From contig JAZOQA010000046.1 of NCBI GenBank assembly GCA_045655765.1, positions 1,586 to 65,585 of the forward strand: DNA of 64,000 bases. The letters are read 5' to 3'. Positions 48,252 through 56,377 of this stretch are shown here, piece after piece. Below the pieces are notes generated by a model. That model was not told the origin of the DNA. It did not search any database and saw nothing but the letters and a program-made list of their open reading frames with translations. A program made the translations under genes and the position numbers. Every line of letters starts with the position of its first letter. Positions within the stretch are counted from its first letter, which is position 1. The stretch is from Eubacteriales bacterium. Lineage in GTDB: Bacteria; Bacillota; Clostridia; Oscillospirales; CAG-272.

Positions 48252-48746
48252 TTATTTATTGAAGCGTGCTTCTATTGCCGCATTTTTTTCAAGAACCTTT
48301 TTTGCACCGTCGGCACGCTTTTCTACAAGTCGGAAATAAAGGTCCTCGTCACCGAGTGCGATAATTTGAGCGGCAAGGTGCGCAGCATTTGCCGCACCGT
48401 CAATAGCCACGGTTGCAACGGGAATTCCGGAGGGCATCTGCACAGTTGCAAGAAGTGCGTCCATTCCACCGGTATTCTTACACGACACGGGTATTCCGAT
48501 AACGGGCAGAAGCGTGTTCGCTGCAACAGCACCCGCAAGGTGCGCGGCCATTCCTGCCGCCGCTATAATAACGCCAAAGCCGTTTTCCTTGGCAGAGGAA
48601 ACGAACCCTGCCGCCTCCTTCGGCGTTCTGTGTGCCGAATACACGTGAACCTCATAAGGGATTCCGTAATCCTCAAGGACAGCTATACCCTTTTCAACGA
48701 TGGGCAAATCGCTGTCGCTTCCCATCAACAACGCAACTTTTTTCAT
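48252..48746 (-). CDS. purE: PurE (N5-CAIR mutase-like, class I-type AAHL signature)
   Basis: Motifs [15 protein letters not shown] and [10 protein letters not shown]. Confidence 0.85.
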   Translation of the reverse strand: MKKVALLMGSDSDLPIVEKGIAVLEDYGIPYEVHVYSAHRTPKEAAGFVSSAKENGFGVIIAAAGMAAHLAGAVAANTLLPVIGIPVSCKNTGGMDALLATVQMPSGIPVATVAIDGAANAAHLAAQIIALGDEDLYFRLVEKRADGAKKVLEKNAAIEARFNK

Positions 48747-48769
48747 ATAAAATCCTCCAGGAATAAATT

Positions 48770-48890
48770 TGACAAAACAAATAAGGGCAGAACTACCCTA
48801 TAAAGGTAGAACTGCCCAGACGATCGACATTTTGCGATTTTTGCTTCCATACGGTTAAATCCGCATTTATCGTCAGTTGCAAAAACCTTT
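48770..48890 (-). promoter_or_regulatory. ZTP (pfl-motif) riboswitch with an intrinsic-terminator expression platform, in the leader of the pur operon
   Basis: Read on the minus strand. P1 is UUUUUGC/GCAAAAA. J1/2 is AACUGACGA. The P2 hairpin is AUGCGG-AUUUAA-CCGUAU, followed by GGAAGC. After a linker comes CGUCUGGGCAG, matching the conserved ...CCGCCUGGGCA 3' element. GACG/CGUC can form the pseudoknot. GGGCAG is also the 5' arm of the terminator at 48785-48817, which is followed by UUAUUUGUUUUG. Confidence 0.7.
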
Positions 48891-48900
48891 ACCGCATTAT

Positions 48901-48929
48901 ATTTTAACATAAACATAAGCATTTGTCAA
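48901..48929 (-). promoter_or_regulatory. Promoter of the pur operon
   Basis: On the minus strand: TTGACA (48929-48924), 17-nt spacer, TAAAAT (48906-48901). Confidence 0.55.
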
Positions 48930-49170
48930 TAAGTAAATATAAAGTATGTCGAAAAAAGTTAAAGTGGCAAATCCCCCCAATTTAGTGCTTTTTCACAAAA
49001 GAAAAACTATTATGTGAGGTCCGAGATTGCCCTCATAGCTTTATCAATTTAAAGAATGGCTACATAATCTCGGGAAAAGCTGCTTTGCTTGCTGTTTTTT
49101 GCAAATTTCCCCTGTTTTCTCGACACGGGTACTGTCATTTTCCAAAATCGGTGTCCGAAATCTCTTCGGC

Positions 49171-50166
49171 TTATTCAGTATCTTTTGGCTTGCTTTTTTC
49201 CGCACTTCTCTGTGTGTGACGCTCGGCAACGACCTTTTCCGACTCCCTCCACGTCCAGCCCTCTCCATTTATTTCGTGAGCCTTGTGAATGGTGATGAAT
49301 GCGTTTTTGTCAAAGCGGAGTATAGTTGTAAGAATTTGAGAATACTGTGCTATTCCAAAGGAAATAATCAGCATTTTTCTCTTGGATCGAGTAAACCCAC
49401 CAACGCAATCAACTATTGTTGTCGTTCGGTCAAGCTCGTCAATCATCGCGCGGTTGATTTCCTCGTAGCGGTCGGAAATTACGTTTGCAATAAAGGCCTT
49501 TGAGCCTTTGCCGAGAAGGCGGTCTATCATAACCGACGCCACAAAAGCAGAAACTATACCGAGAAGTGAAATCACAAGATTTTTCAAAACAAACGTTCCA
49601 ACGAGAATTATGCTCGTGTCCATAAGCAAAAGCACGTGTGAGCTTTTGATTCTCTTAAAGCGTTTTGAAACGGCAATGGCGATTATATCAATGCCTCCGG
49701 TCGAGCCTCCGCCTAAAAATGCCGTGCCGACGCCCGCACCTATTATAATTCCTCCAAAAACCGAAGCTATAACAAGGGCTGCATCGGGGCTTGCAGACTT
49801 TTCAAGCACAAAGAGTCCGCCAAGGACGTCCCCCGAGACAAGAAGTCCGGAAAGCGAGAACGCAGGAGGATATACTAAAGTTGAAATAAGTGTCTTCATT
49901 GCAAACGCCTTGCCAAGCACAAAAAGTCCGACGAAGAAAAAGCCCCACGTCATAACCGTGATATAAAAATCCTCAGTCATAAACGCAACGTCGATAATAT
50001 TTACCAGTGCTATTGAAAGTCCTGACATCCCGCCCGCAATAAGCTCAAAGGGAATTTGAAAAACCGCCGTACCGAAAGCAATCATAACCGTGCCAAGCAC
50101 GACAAAGGCTGCATTTTTTACAGCTCTCAAAGCCTCCGCTTTGGATTTTGCTTTAAATATCATCAT
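49171..50166 (-). CDS. YitT-family membrane protein (DUF2179 C-terminal domain)
   Basis: The N-terminal membrane part includes GGMSGLSIAL and GGSTGGIDIIA, followed by a soluble C-terminal domain. Confidence 0.75.
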   Translation of the reverse strand: MMIFKAKSKAEALRAVKNAAFVVLGTVMIAFGTAVFQIPFELIAGGMSGLSIALVNIIDVAFMTEDFYITVMTWGFFFVGLFVLGKAFAMKTLISTLVYPPAFSLSGLLVSGDVLGGLFVLEKSASPDAALVIASVFGGIIIGAGVGTAFLGGGSTGGIDIIAIAVSKRFKRIKSSHVLLLMDTSIILVGTFVLKNLVISLLGIVSAFVASVMIDRLLGKGSKAFIANVISDRYEEINRAMIDELDRTTTIVDCVGGFTRSKRKMLIISFGIAQYSQILTTILRFDKNAFITIHKAHEINGEGWTWRESEKVVAERHTQRSAEKSKPKDTE

Positions 50167-50317
50167 TGCGTTTCCTCCGTAAAAAAAGAAAAAAGCTTCA
50201 AATCAAAGATATCACAGTTTATTATACCACATTTTTCTCATTTCCCACCGTTTTTAACATTTTTTATTTGACTGTTCGGGAGGTGAGGAAGTTTTTTTGT
50301 TTTTTTCAAAAAAGGTC

Positions 50318-50346
50318 TTGACAAGCCATTGGGAAAGGTTTATAAT
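50318..50346 (+). promoter_or_regulatory. Promoter of yceD-rpmF
   Basis: TTGACA (50318-50323), 17-nt spacer, TATAAT (50341-50346). Confidence 0.55.
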
Positions 50347-50419
50347 ATAGTGTACGACTTTGCGGATCGTAGCCTAAACTACGCCCAAATGTCTAATACA
50401 AAACACGGGAGGTGTCACG

Positions 50420-50965
50420 GTGAGGCTTGATTTGAGACCCTTACTTGCGGGCGAAAGATATATGTCTTTCGATTACGAGCTGCCCTTTTGCACCGACCCG
50501 GAGGATAGAACCGACTTTCTTGACGGCGTAAGTTTTCCTTCTCCCATGAAGGTTTCGGGTGACATTACCAACACTGCGGGATATATGAGAATGTGTCTTT
50601 CGCTTTCTGTGGAATACGTTTCCACTTGTGCCAGATGCCTCTCACCTGTCTCGGGCGAGTTCACCCTCGACCTTGAGAAAACCGTCGCTCCGAGGAATAT
50701 GCTCGGTGACCTCGATGAATTTAAGCTCGATGATTATGCCATAATCGAGGACGGCTTCCTTGATATGGACGAGCCGCTTAAAGAGCAGCTCATAATGGAG
50801 TTTCCGCTCCGATTCCTCTGCAAGGAGGATTGCAAGGGCTTATGCCCGAAGTGCGGTCAGAATTTAAACGAACGGGATTGCGGATGTGATTTAAAGGAAA
50901 TTGACCCCCGCCTTGCCCCGCTTCAAAAAATTCTTGACGCAATGAAAGAGCAAAATAAAAAATAA
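50420..50965 (+). CDS. yceD: YceD/DUF177-family protein (large-subunit rRNA accumulation protein), GTG start
   Basis: The C-terminal motif CKEDCKGLCPKCGQNLN, and the conserved position directly upstream of rpmF. Confidence 0.8.
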   Translation: MRLDLRPLLAGERYMSFDYELPFCTDPEDRTDFLDGVSFPSPMKVSGDITNTAGYMRMCLSLSVEYVSTCARCLSPVSGEFTLDLEKTVAPRNMLGDLDEFKLDDYAIIEDGFLDMDEPLKEQLIMEFPLRFLCKEDCKGLCPKCGQNLNERDCGCDLKEIDPRLAPLQKILDAMKEQNKK

Positions 50966-50987
50966 CATAAATGCGAGGTAAACAACA

Positions 50988-51182
50988 ATGGCAGTACCGA
51001 AGAAAAAGGTTTCTCACTCGAGAAAGATGAAGAGACGTTCGAGCGTTTGGAGACTCGAGAACCCCACCAACATCGTTAAGTGCCCCCAGTGCGGCGAGTA
51101 CAACCGTGCATACAGAGTATGCAAGGCTTGCGGCTTCTACAAGGGTGTTGCGGTAGTTGAAAAGAACACCGCAGAGAAGTAA
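50988..51182 (+). CDS. rpmF: 50S ribosomal protein L32
   Basis: MAVPKKKVSHSRKMKRR plus CPQCGE...CKACG. Confidence 0.9.
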   Translation: MAVPKKKVSHSRKMKRRSSVWRLENPTNIVKCPQCGEYNRAYRVCKACGFYKGVAVVEKNTAEK

Positions 51183-51203
51183 TTTACAGCTTGAATATCG
51201 CAC

Positions 51204-51240
51204 AAAAAGGCGAAGATTTTGCATCTTCGCCTTTTTTCTT
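51204..51240. terminator. Bidirectional terminator after rpmF and the HAD gene
   Basis: AAGGCGAAGAT-TTTGC-ATCTTCGCCTT followed by TTTTT. Confidence 0.65.
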
Positions 51241-51249
51241 TCACCTTTT

Positions 51250-51903
51250 TTAACCGATGAGAAATGCTGCCACGTCGCTTGGTGTCCTTGCTACGTAAGA
51301 GAATCCCGAAGAGCGTATTTCCCGGGAGGAGCCGTGACCCCACAGCACACCGAGCGAGTCAATTCCGCAAGATTTAGCTCCGTCGGCATCGTATTTTCTG
51401 TCGCCGACAAGTATCGTCCTCTCACGACACACGTTTTCTAAATTTTCAAAAACGTACTCTATGACCTCGCACTTTTTGTCCCTGGTTCTGTCGCCGTCTG
51501 CCGCACCGACAAAATCAAAGAATACGTCTATTTCAAAGAGCTTAAGCACTTTTTTGGCAAAGAAATCGGGCTTTGAGGTTGCCACGGCAAGAGTGAAGCC
51601 GCAATTCTTCAATTCCCGAAGCAGCTCGGGTATGCCGGGATACAATATGTTATCCCACCAGCCGTATACACTGTAGTACTCACGGAAAATTTTAAGTGCA
51701 CGATCAGCCTCATCATCGGAAAAGGAAAACACCCGCTTCCATTCCTCATAAAGCGGAGGTCCTATGAAACGCTTTAAGGACTGCACGTCTCCATAATCCA
51801 CACCCATTTTGTCAAGTGCGTACTTGAACGAGGCGACAAGCCCCGACGCAGGGTCGGTGAGTGTTCCGTCAAGGTCAAAAAGCACGGTATCGTATTTTCT
51901 CAT
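51250..51903 (-). CDS. HAD-superfamily hydrolase (phosphoglycolate-phosphatase-like, subfamily IA)
   Basis: Motif I is VLFDLDGTLTD. ATSK and VGDRKYD motifs are also present. Confidence 0.8.
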   Translation of the reverse strand: MRKYDTVLFDLDGTLTDPASGLVASFKYALDKMGVDYGDVQSLKRFIGPPLYEEWKRVFSFSDDEADRALKIFREYYSVYGWWDNILYPGIPELLRELKNCGFTLAVATSKPDFFAKKVLKLFEIDVFFDFVGAADGDRTRDKKCEVIEYVFENLENVCRERTILVGDRKYDADGAKSCGIDSLGVLWGHGSSREIRSSGFSYVARTPSDVAAFLIG

Positions 51904-51966
51904 TTTTATTCTCTCGTTTCTTCTGTTTTAAAAAATCCTTGGAGATAGCGGACAAGAGCTGCTTTT

Positions 51967-52947
51967 TTACTCGTAAGGCTCAATCGAACGCTTAATGTGA
52001 CAAACGAAGTCCTCACGAACCGAATCTGGGGAAATAATTCTCATCTGACCGCCAAACCCCGCCACCCATGCGAAGAAATTAGGGCTTGCGGTGATCCGCA
52101 AACGGACACGGAACACCCCGTCGCCACGCTCAAAAAACGCACCGGTGCCAAAGCGGTCGATGATAACTCCCGCAAGCGAATCCGCACATTCAAGTGTGAC
52201 AAGCTCCTCGTCACCGCCCCACATTCCAAACACCCTGCGGGTGTAAAGGCTTGGGTCAATTTCAAGCGATAGGGCTTCCTTGGAGCGAGGCTTTTCGGTT
52301 TCGGCGACACTGCTCATTTTATCTACTCTGAAATTCTTTACGATTTTCTCCTGCTCGTCAAAGCCTATCATATAATAATTTTCATCATTCCAGACAAGGC
52401 TTAAAGGGCTGACGTCGTATTCCTCGCCGCCTTTGTGATACTCCTTTTTCTTTTCTACGCTATACTTGAAATACTTGAATTTCACCGTATGAGAGGAATT
52501 TATAGCAGAGTGTATTGCATCTACGGCGTAAAGCACACTTTTGTTCTCCGCTCTGTCGTCAACGTATACCCGTCTTGAGAGATCACGTGCACCGAGAGGT
52601 CCTGCAAAAACCTCGAGCTTCTTTACAATTTCCCGACATTTACTTTGTGAAATGAACTTTGCCGCCTCTATGGCATCGACAAGCATTTTAAGCTCTGCCC
52701 CCTCGAAAAAGCGACCGACAAGTGCGTATCTTGGCGGCTTATACTCGGTCATTTTTATAACCTCAAAGCCGATTTCGCAAAGGGTGCTGATGTCGGAGTA
52801 GATGCTCTTTCTCTCCGCACTTATACCAAAGCTCTCAAGCTCACTTATGATCGTCGCCATATCTATACCGTGGTTTTCATCGGTCTTCTTCATTAAGATT
52901 TCAAGAAGCCTTATCAGCTTCTGCTTTTGGTTTTCGCTCTTTGGCAT
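51967..52947 (-). CDS. HTH plus WYL-domain transcriptional regulator (YafY/PafBC-like)
   Basis: I place the start at MPKSENQKQKLIRLLEIL (ATG 52947, after a GGGGAG RBS). It has an N-terminal winged HTH. The central segment VSPLSLVWNDENYYMIGF is WYL-like, followed by a C-terminal extension. Confidence 0.75.
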   Translation of the reverse strand: MPKSENQKQKLIRLLEILMKKTDENHGIDMATIISELESFGISAERKSIYSDISTLCEIGFEVIKMTEYKPPRYALVGRFFEGAELKMLVDAIEAAKFISQSKCREIVKKLEVFAGPLGARDLSRRVYVDDRAENKSVLYAVDAIHSAINSSHTVKFKYFKYSVEKKKEYHKGGEEYDVSPLSLVWNDENYYMIGFDEQEKIVKNFRVDKMSSVAETEKPRSKEALSLEIDPSLYTRRVFGMWGGDEELVTLECADSLAGVIIDRFGTGAFFERGDGVFRVRLRITASPNFFAWVAGFGGQMRIISPDSVREDFVCHIKRSIEPYE

Positions 52948-53075
52948 TTTTCTTCTCCCCTCGCTTTTAATTTTATTATACAGTAAAAGTACAGAAAATG
53001 TCAATACTCAAGTCCCTTTTTTAGGACAGTAATGCAAAAAACTCGACACGGGTGGCTGTTAATTGACTAAAAACC

Positions 53076-53124
53076 ACAAAAAAAGCACTCGCAGCATATC
53101 TTTCGCTGCGAGTGCTTTTTTTTG
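53076..53124. terminator. Bidirectional terminator downstream of gdhA
   Basis: 13-bp stem AAGCACTCGCAGC / GCTGCGAGTGCTT flanked by an A-run and a T-run. Confidence 0.65.
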
Positions 53125-53139
53125 CAAAATACAAATGAA

Positions 53140-54495
53140 TTAAACCACGCCCTGTGCCATCATTGCATCTGCAACCTTAAGGAAGCCTGCAATGTTTGCA
53201 CCTGCAACAAGGTCGTCGCCAAGGCCGTACTTGTTTGACGCATTTACAGATGCCTCAAAGATGTTCTTCATAATCATCTTAAGCTTTGCATCAACCTCCT
53301 CGGCGGTCCAGGAATAACGCATAGAGTTCTGGGACATTTCAAGACCGGAAACGGCAACGCCGCCAGCGTTTACAGCCTTTGAGGGAGCAACGATAACGCC
53401 GTTTGCCTTAAGATATGCAACAGCCTCGTTGGTGGTAGGCATATTTGAAACCTCGACGTAATACTTTACGCCGTTCTTAACAATCGCTTCAGCTTCCTTC
53501 ATACCGACCTCGTTCTGCGTTGCGCAAGGCATAAGAATGTCAGCCTTGACGCCCCAAGGCTTCTCGCCCTTGAAGAACTGCACGCCGAACTTGTCTGCAT
53601 AATCCTCAACTCTGTTGCGGCAGGACGCACGCATTTCAAGCATAAAGTTGATCTTTTCCTCTGTGGAAATTCCGTCGGGGTCGTAAACGTAGCCGTCAGG
53701 ACCGGAGATAGTTACAACCTTACCGCCAAGCTCGTTGACCTTCTTTACAGTACCCCAAGCAACATTGCCGAATCCGGAGATTGCAAAGGTCTTGCCCTTA
53801 ATGGAATCGCCGAAATGAGAGAGCATTTCCGTGGTGTAGTAAACTGCACCGAAGCCCGTTGCCTCAGGACGAATGAGAGAGCCGCCATAGGGACGTCCCT
53901 TGCCTGTAAGGACACCTGTAAACTCGTTTGCAATTCTCTTATACTGACCGTAAAGATAGCCAACCTCTCTTGCTCCTACTCCGATATCACCTGCGGGAAC
54001 GTCGGTGTCAGGACCGATATACTTTACAAGCTCGGTCATAAAGCTCTGGCAAAAACGCATAACCTCTGCATCGGACTTGCCCTGGGGGTCAAAGTCGGAG
54101 CCGCCCTTGCCGCCGCCCATAGGAAGGCTGGTAAGAGAGTTCTTAAAGGTCTGCTCAAAGCCGAGGAACTTAATAATAGACTCGTTTACTGTGGGGTGGA
54201 AGCGAAGTCCGCCCTTATAGGGACCTATTGCACTGTTGAACTGAATGCGGAAGCCGCGGTTTACAACAACGTTGCCCTTGTCGTCAACCCACGGAACTCT
54301 GAACTTTATAATTCTCTCAGGCTCTACCATACGCTCAAGAACACCGCTGGTTATGTACTCGGGGCTCTTTTCAAGAACAGGCTCAAGGGATTCGAGAACC
54401 TCACGGACGGTCTGGTGAAACTCAGGCTCGTTGGGGTTTCTCTTTTCAACCCTTGCCATAAGGTCGTTTAAATAAGCTGATTTGAACATCGTCAA
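53140..54495 (-). CDS. gdhA: NADP-specific glutamate dehydrogenase
   Basis: The GDH hexamer-type signature LPMGGGKGGSDFDP, and the dinucleotide fold GFGNVAWG. Confidence 0.9.
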   Translation of the reverse strand: MTMFKSAYLNDLMARVEKRNPNEPEFHQTVREVLESLEPVLEKSPEYITSGVLERMVEPERIIKFRVPWVDDKGNVVVNRGFRIQFNSAIGPYKGGLRFHPTVNESIIKFLGFEQTFKNSLTSLPMGGGKGGSDFDPQGKSDAEVMRFCQSFMTELVKYIGPDTDVPAGDIGVGAREVGYLYGQYKRIANEFTGVLTGKGRPYGGSLIRPEATGFGAVYYTTEMLSHFGDSIKGKTFAISGFGNVAWGTVKKVNELGGKVVTISGPDGYVYDPDGISTEEKINFMLEMRASCRNRVEDYADKFGVQFFKGEKPWGVKADILMPCATQNEVGMKEAEAIVKNGVKYYVEVSNMPTTNEAVAYLKANGVIVAPSKAVNAGGVAVSGLEMSQNSMRYSWTAEEVDAKLKMIMKNIFEASVNASNKYGLGDDLVAGANIAGFLKVADAMMAQGVV

Positions 54496-54671
54496 ATTCT
54501 CCTCTCAAATAAAAATATACTTTATTATACAACATATCAACGAGAAAATCAATAGATTTTCAGATATTTTCACATATAATTTTGAAAAATTCTGCAAGTT
54601 AAGATAGCAAAAATTGCATTTTGAGGGTCAAAAAGATAGTTTTTGGTTCAGTTTTTGCGTTTTAGCAAAAT

Positions 54672-56171
54672 ATGGCGTTGCACAAAATTGCGTTCTTTTT
54701 TAAAAAACGGGCAAAATATCTTACAAGAAAAATCGGGAGGTGCATTTTTTTGATTCCAAGAGAAGCAAAGCGTAAAAAAATAAAACTGACAAAATTGAGA
54801 CTGCCCGCAAGAGCTTCGCTTTGGTACTGTGCGGCGGGAGTGCTCAGCCGAGCCATAGCCTTTTTTATGACACCGATTTTCACAAGACTTCTTACGGGCG
54901 GTGAGTACGGCGTATATCCTCTGTATCTCGGCTGGCTGTCCTTATTTTCCGTCATCGGAACGCTTGACCTCGGTGGCACGGCACTTTTGCACGCCTTGGC
55001 ACGTTTTGAAAAGGACAGGCGGGACGTTATTAAAAGTGCGTTTGTCTGTCTTCTTTTCACCTCGGGGATATTTTTGCTCTTTTACGCTGTTTTTATAGAC
55101 GGAATTTCGAAGATTTCCGGGCTTGGTATAGGCCTTTTACTGCTGATTCCCGTAGAAATGGTATCCGAGGCTGTAAATTCGCTTTACTGCACGTCGGAGC
55201 GTTTCAAATATTCATATAAAAAAGTGTTTTTGGCAAATGCTTTACCTGCGCTTTTTACACCTTTACTTTCGCTGCTTTTGATTCCTGTTTCAGGCGGCGA
55301 TGGAAGATGCATCGGGGCTGGTGCCGTAGCGGCAATTACTGCATTGGCACTTGTTTTATATGGAAAATTGACATCAGGTCGAGTGAAAAAGCACGTAGTG
55401 ATTTATCTTTTGAAAACCAGCCTTGCCGTGCTTGCGCACACGGTTTCAGGCACCCTGCTTCTAAATGCGGACAAGCTTCTGATTGGTAGGAGGCTTGGAG
55501 AAAGTGCCGTTGCACGCTATTCTGTGGCACACTCGCTCGGTCTTGTTTTGACGTTTTTTACGGTTGGAATTTTCGGAGCACTGAGGCCGTGGATTTTAAG
55601 AAAGCTTGCCCTTAGGGAGAGCGATACGGTAGAAAAAGTGGTGGAAAGCCTTTTAACCGTAGGGGCTATACTCACAGCAGCCTTAACGGCGGTTGTGCCG
55701 GAGGCCTTTTCTTTTCTTGCACCTAAGGAATACTCCGATGCCATACCCTCTGTATATCCTCTTGCCTTAGCGGTAATTCCAATGTTTTTGACTCATTTTA
55801 CTCGCACGGTCAGCATAGGCGAGCGTGGTGCGTGGAAGCTCTCGCTTGCTTCAATAGGTGCGGCGGGACTGAACGTAGGGTTGAATGCACTTCTTTTGAT
55901 GAAATTTTCTTACATTTCATCTTCGATCGCTTTCCTCGTTTCTTATTCTATTCTTGCACTAATCTCGGCGTTCATCGCAAGAAAAAGCGGTGCGGTAGGC
56001 AAAAGAATGGGTAAAATCTTCATTTTGGCAGCCTTGCTTGTAGGAATTTTCTTCCTTCTTCGTGATTTTTTACTTTTAAGAATACTTTTGCTCGGTGCAC
56101 TGATACCACGGCTGATAACGGAGGGGAAAAGACTCTGGGGCTTTGTACAAGAGAAAAATTCAAAAAATTAA
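54672..56171 (+). CDS. MOP/Wzx-type polysaccharide or oligosaccharide flippase
   Basis: A polytopic membrane protein with the typical N-terminal ...SRAIAFFMTPIFTRLLTGGEYG. The start is uncertain; a TTG at about 54750, behind GGGAGGTG, is an alternative. Confidence 0.65.
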   Translation: MALHKIAFFFKKRAKYLTRKIGRCIFLIPREAKRKKIKLTKLRLPARASLWYCAAGVLSRAIAFFMTPIFTRLLTGGEYGVYPLYLGWLSLFSVIGTLDLGGTALLHALARFEKDRRDVIKSAFVCLLFTSGIFLLFYAVFIDGISKISGLGIGLLLLIPVEMVSEAVNSLYCTSERFKYSYKKVFLANALPALFTPLLSLLLIPVSGGDGRCIGAGAVAAITALALVLYGKLTSGRVKKHVVIYLLKTSLAVLAHTVSGTLLLNADKLLIGRRLGESAVARYSVAHSLGLVLTFFTVGIFGALRPWILRKLALRESDTVEKVVESLLTVGAILTAALTAVVPEAFSFLAPKEYSDAIPSVYPLALAVIPMFLTHFTRTVSIGERGAWKLSLASIGAAGLNVGLNALLLMKFSYISSSIAFLVSYSILALISAFIARKSGAVGKRMGKIFILAALLVGIFFLLRDFLLLRILLLGALIPRLITEGKRLWGFVQEKNSKN

Positions 56172-56177
56172 GGGACT

Positions 56178-56356
56178 ATTACGGTAAAAATCTTTATTTT
56201 CTACCGTTTTACGACTTTCCTGTTATTTAAATTTGACCGTTTTATCACACAGCTTTTACCACAGATATTCAAGAAGAGAAAAAGCAATCGGCAGTTTTAG
56301 AAAACTGCCGATTTTTGCGGATTATAAAGGTATTATTATTTGATTTTTACCGTAAT
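56178..56356. repeat. Perfect 15-bp inverted repeats bracketing about 150 bp in a convergent intergenic region
   Basis: ATTACGGTAAAAATC (56178-56192) and GATTTTTACCGTAAT (56342-56356). The terminator hairpin at 56287-56316 lies inside. Confidence 0.6.
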
Positions 56357-56377
56357 TAGACGATTTTCACTGAAGAA

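Noticed and set aside
48800-48900. A purine (guanine/adenine) riboswitch upstream of purE.
   Set aside because: The leader lacks the UAUA...GGAUAUGG...CCGUAAAU three-way-junction signature. It fits the ZTP/pfl architecture instead.
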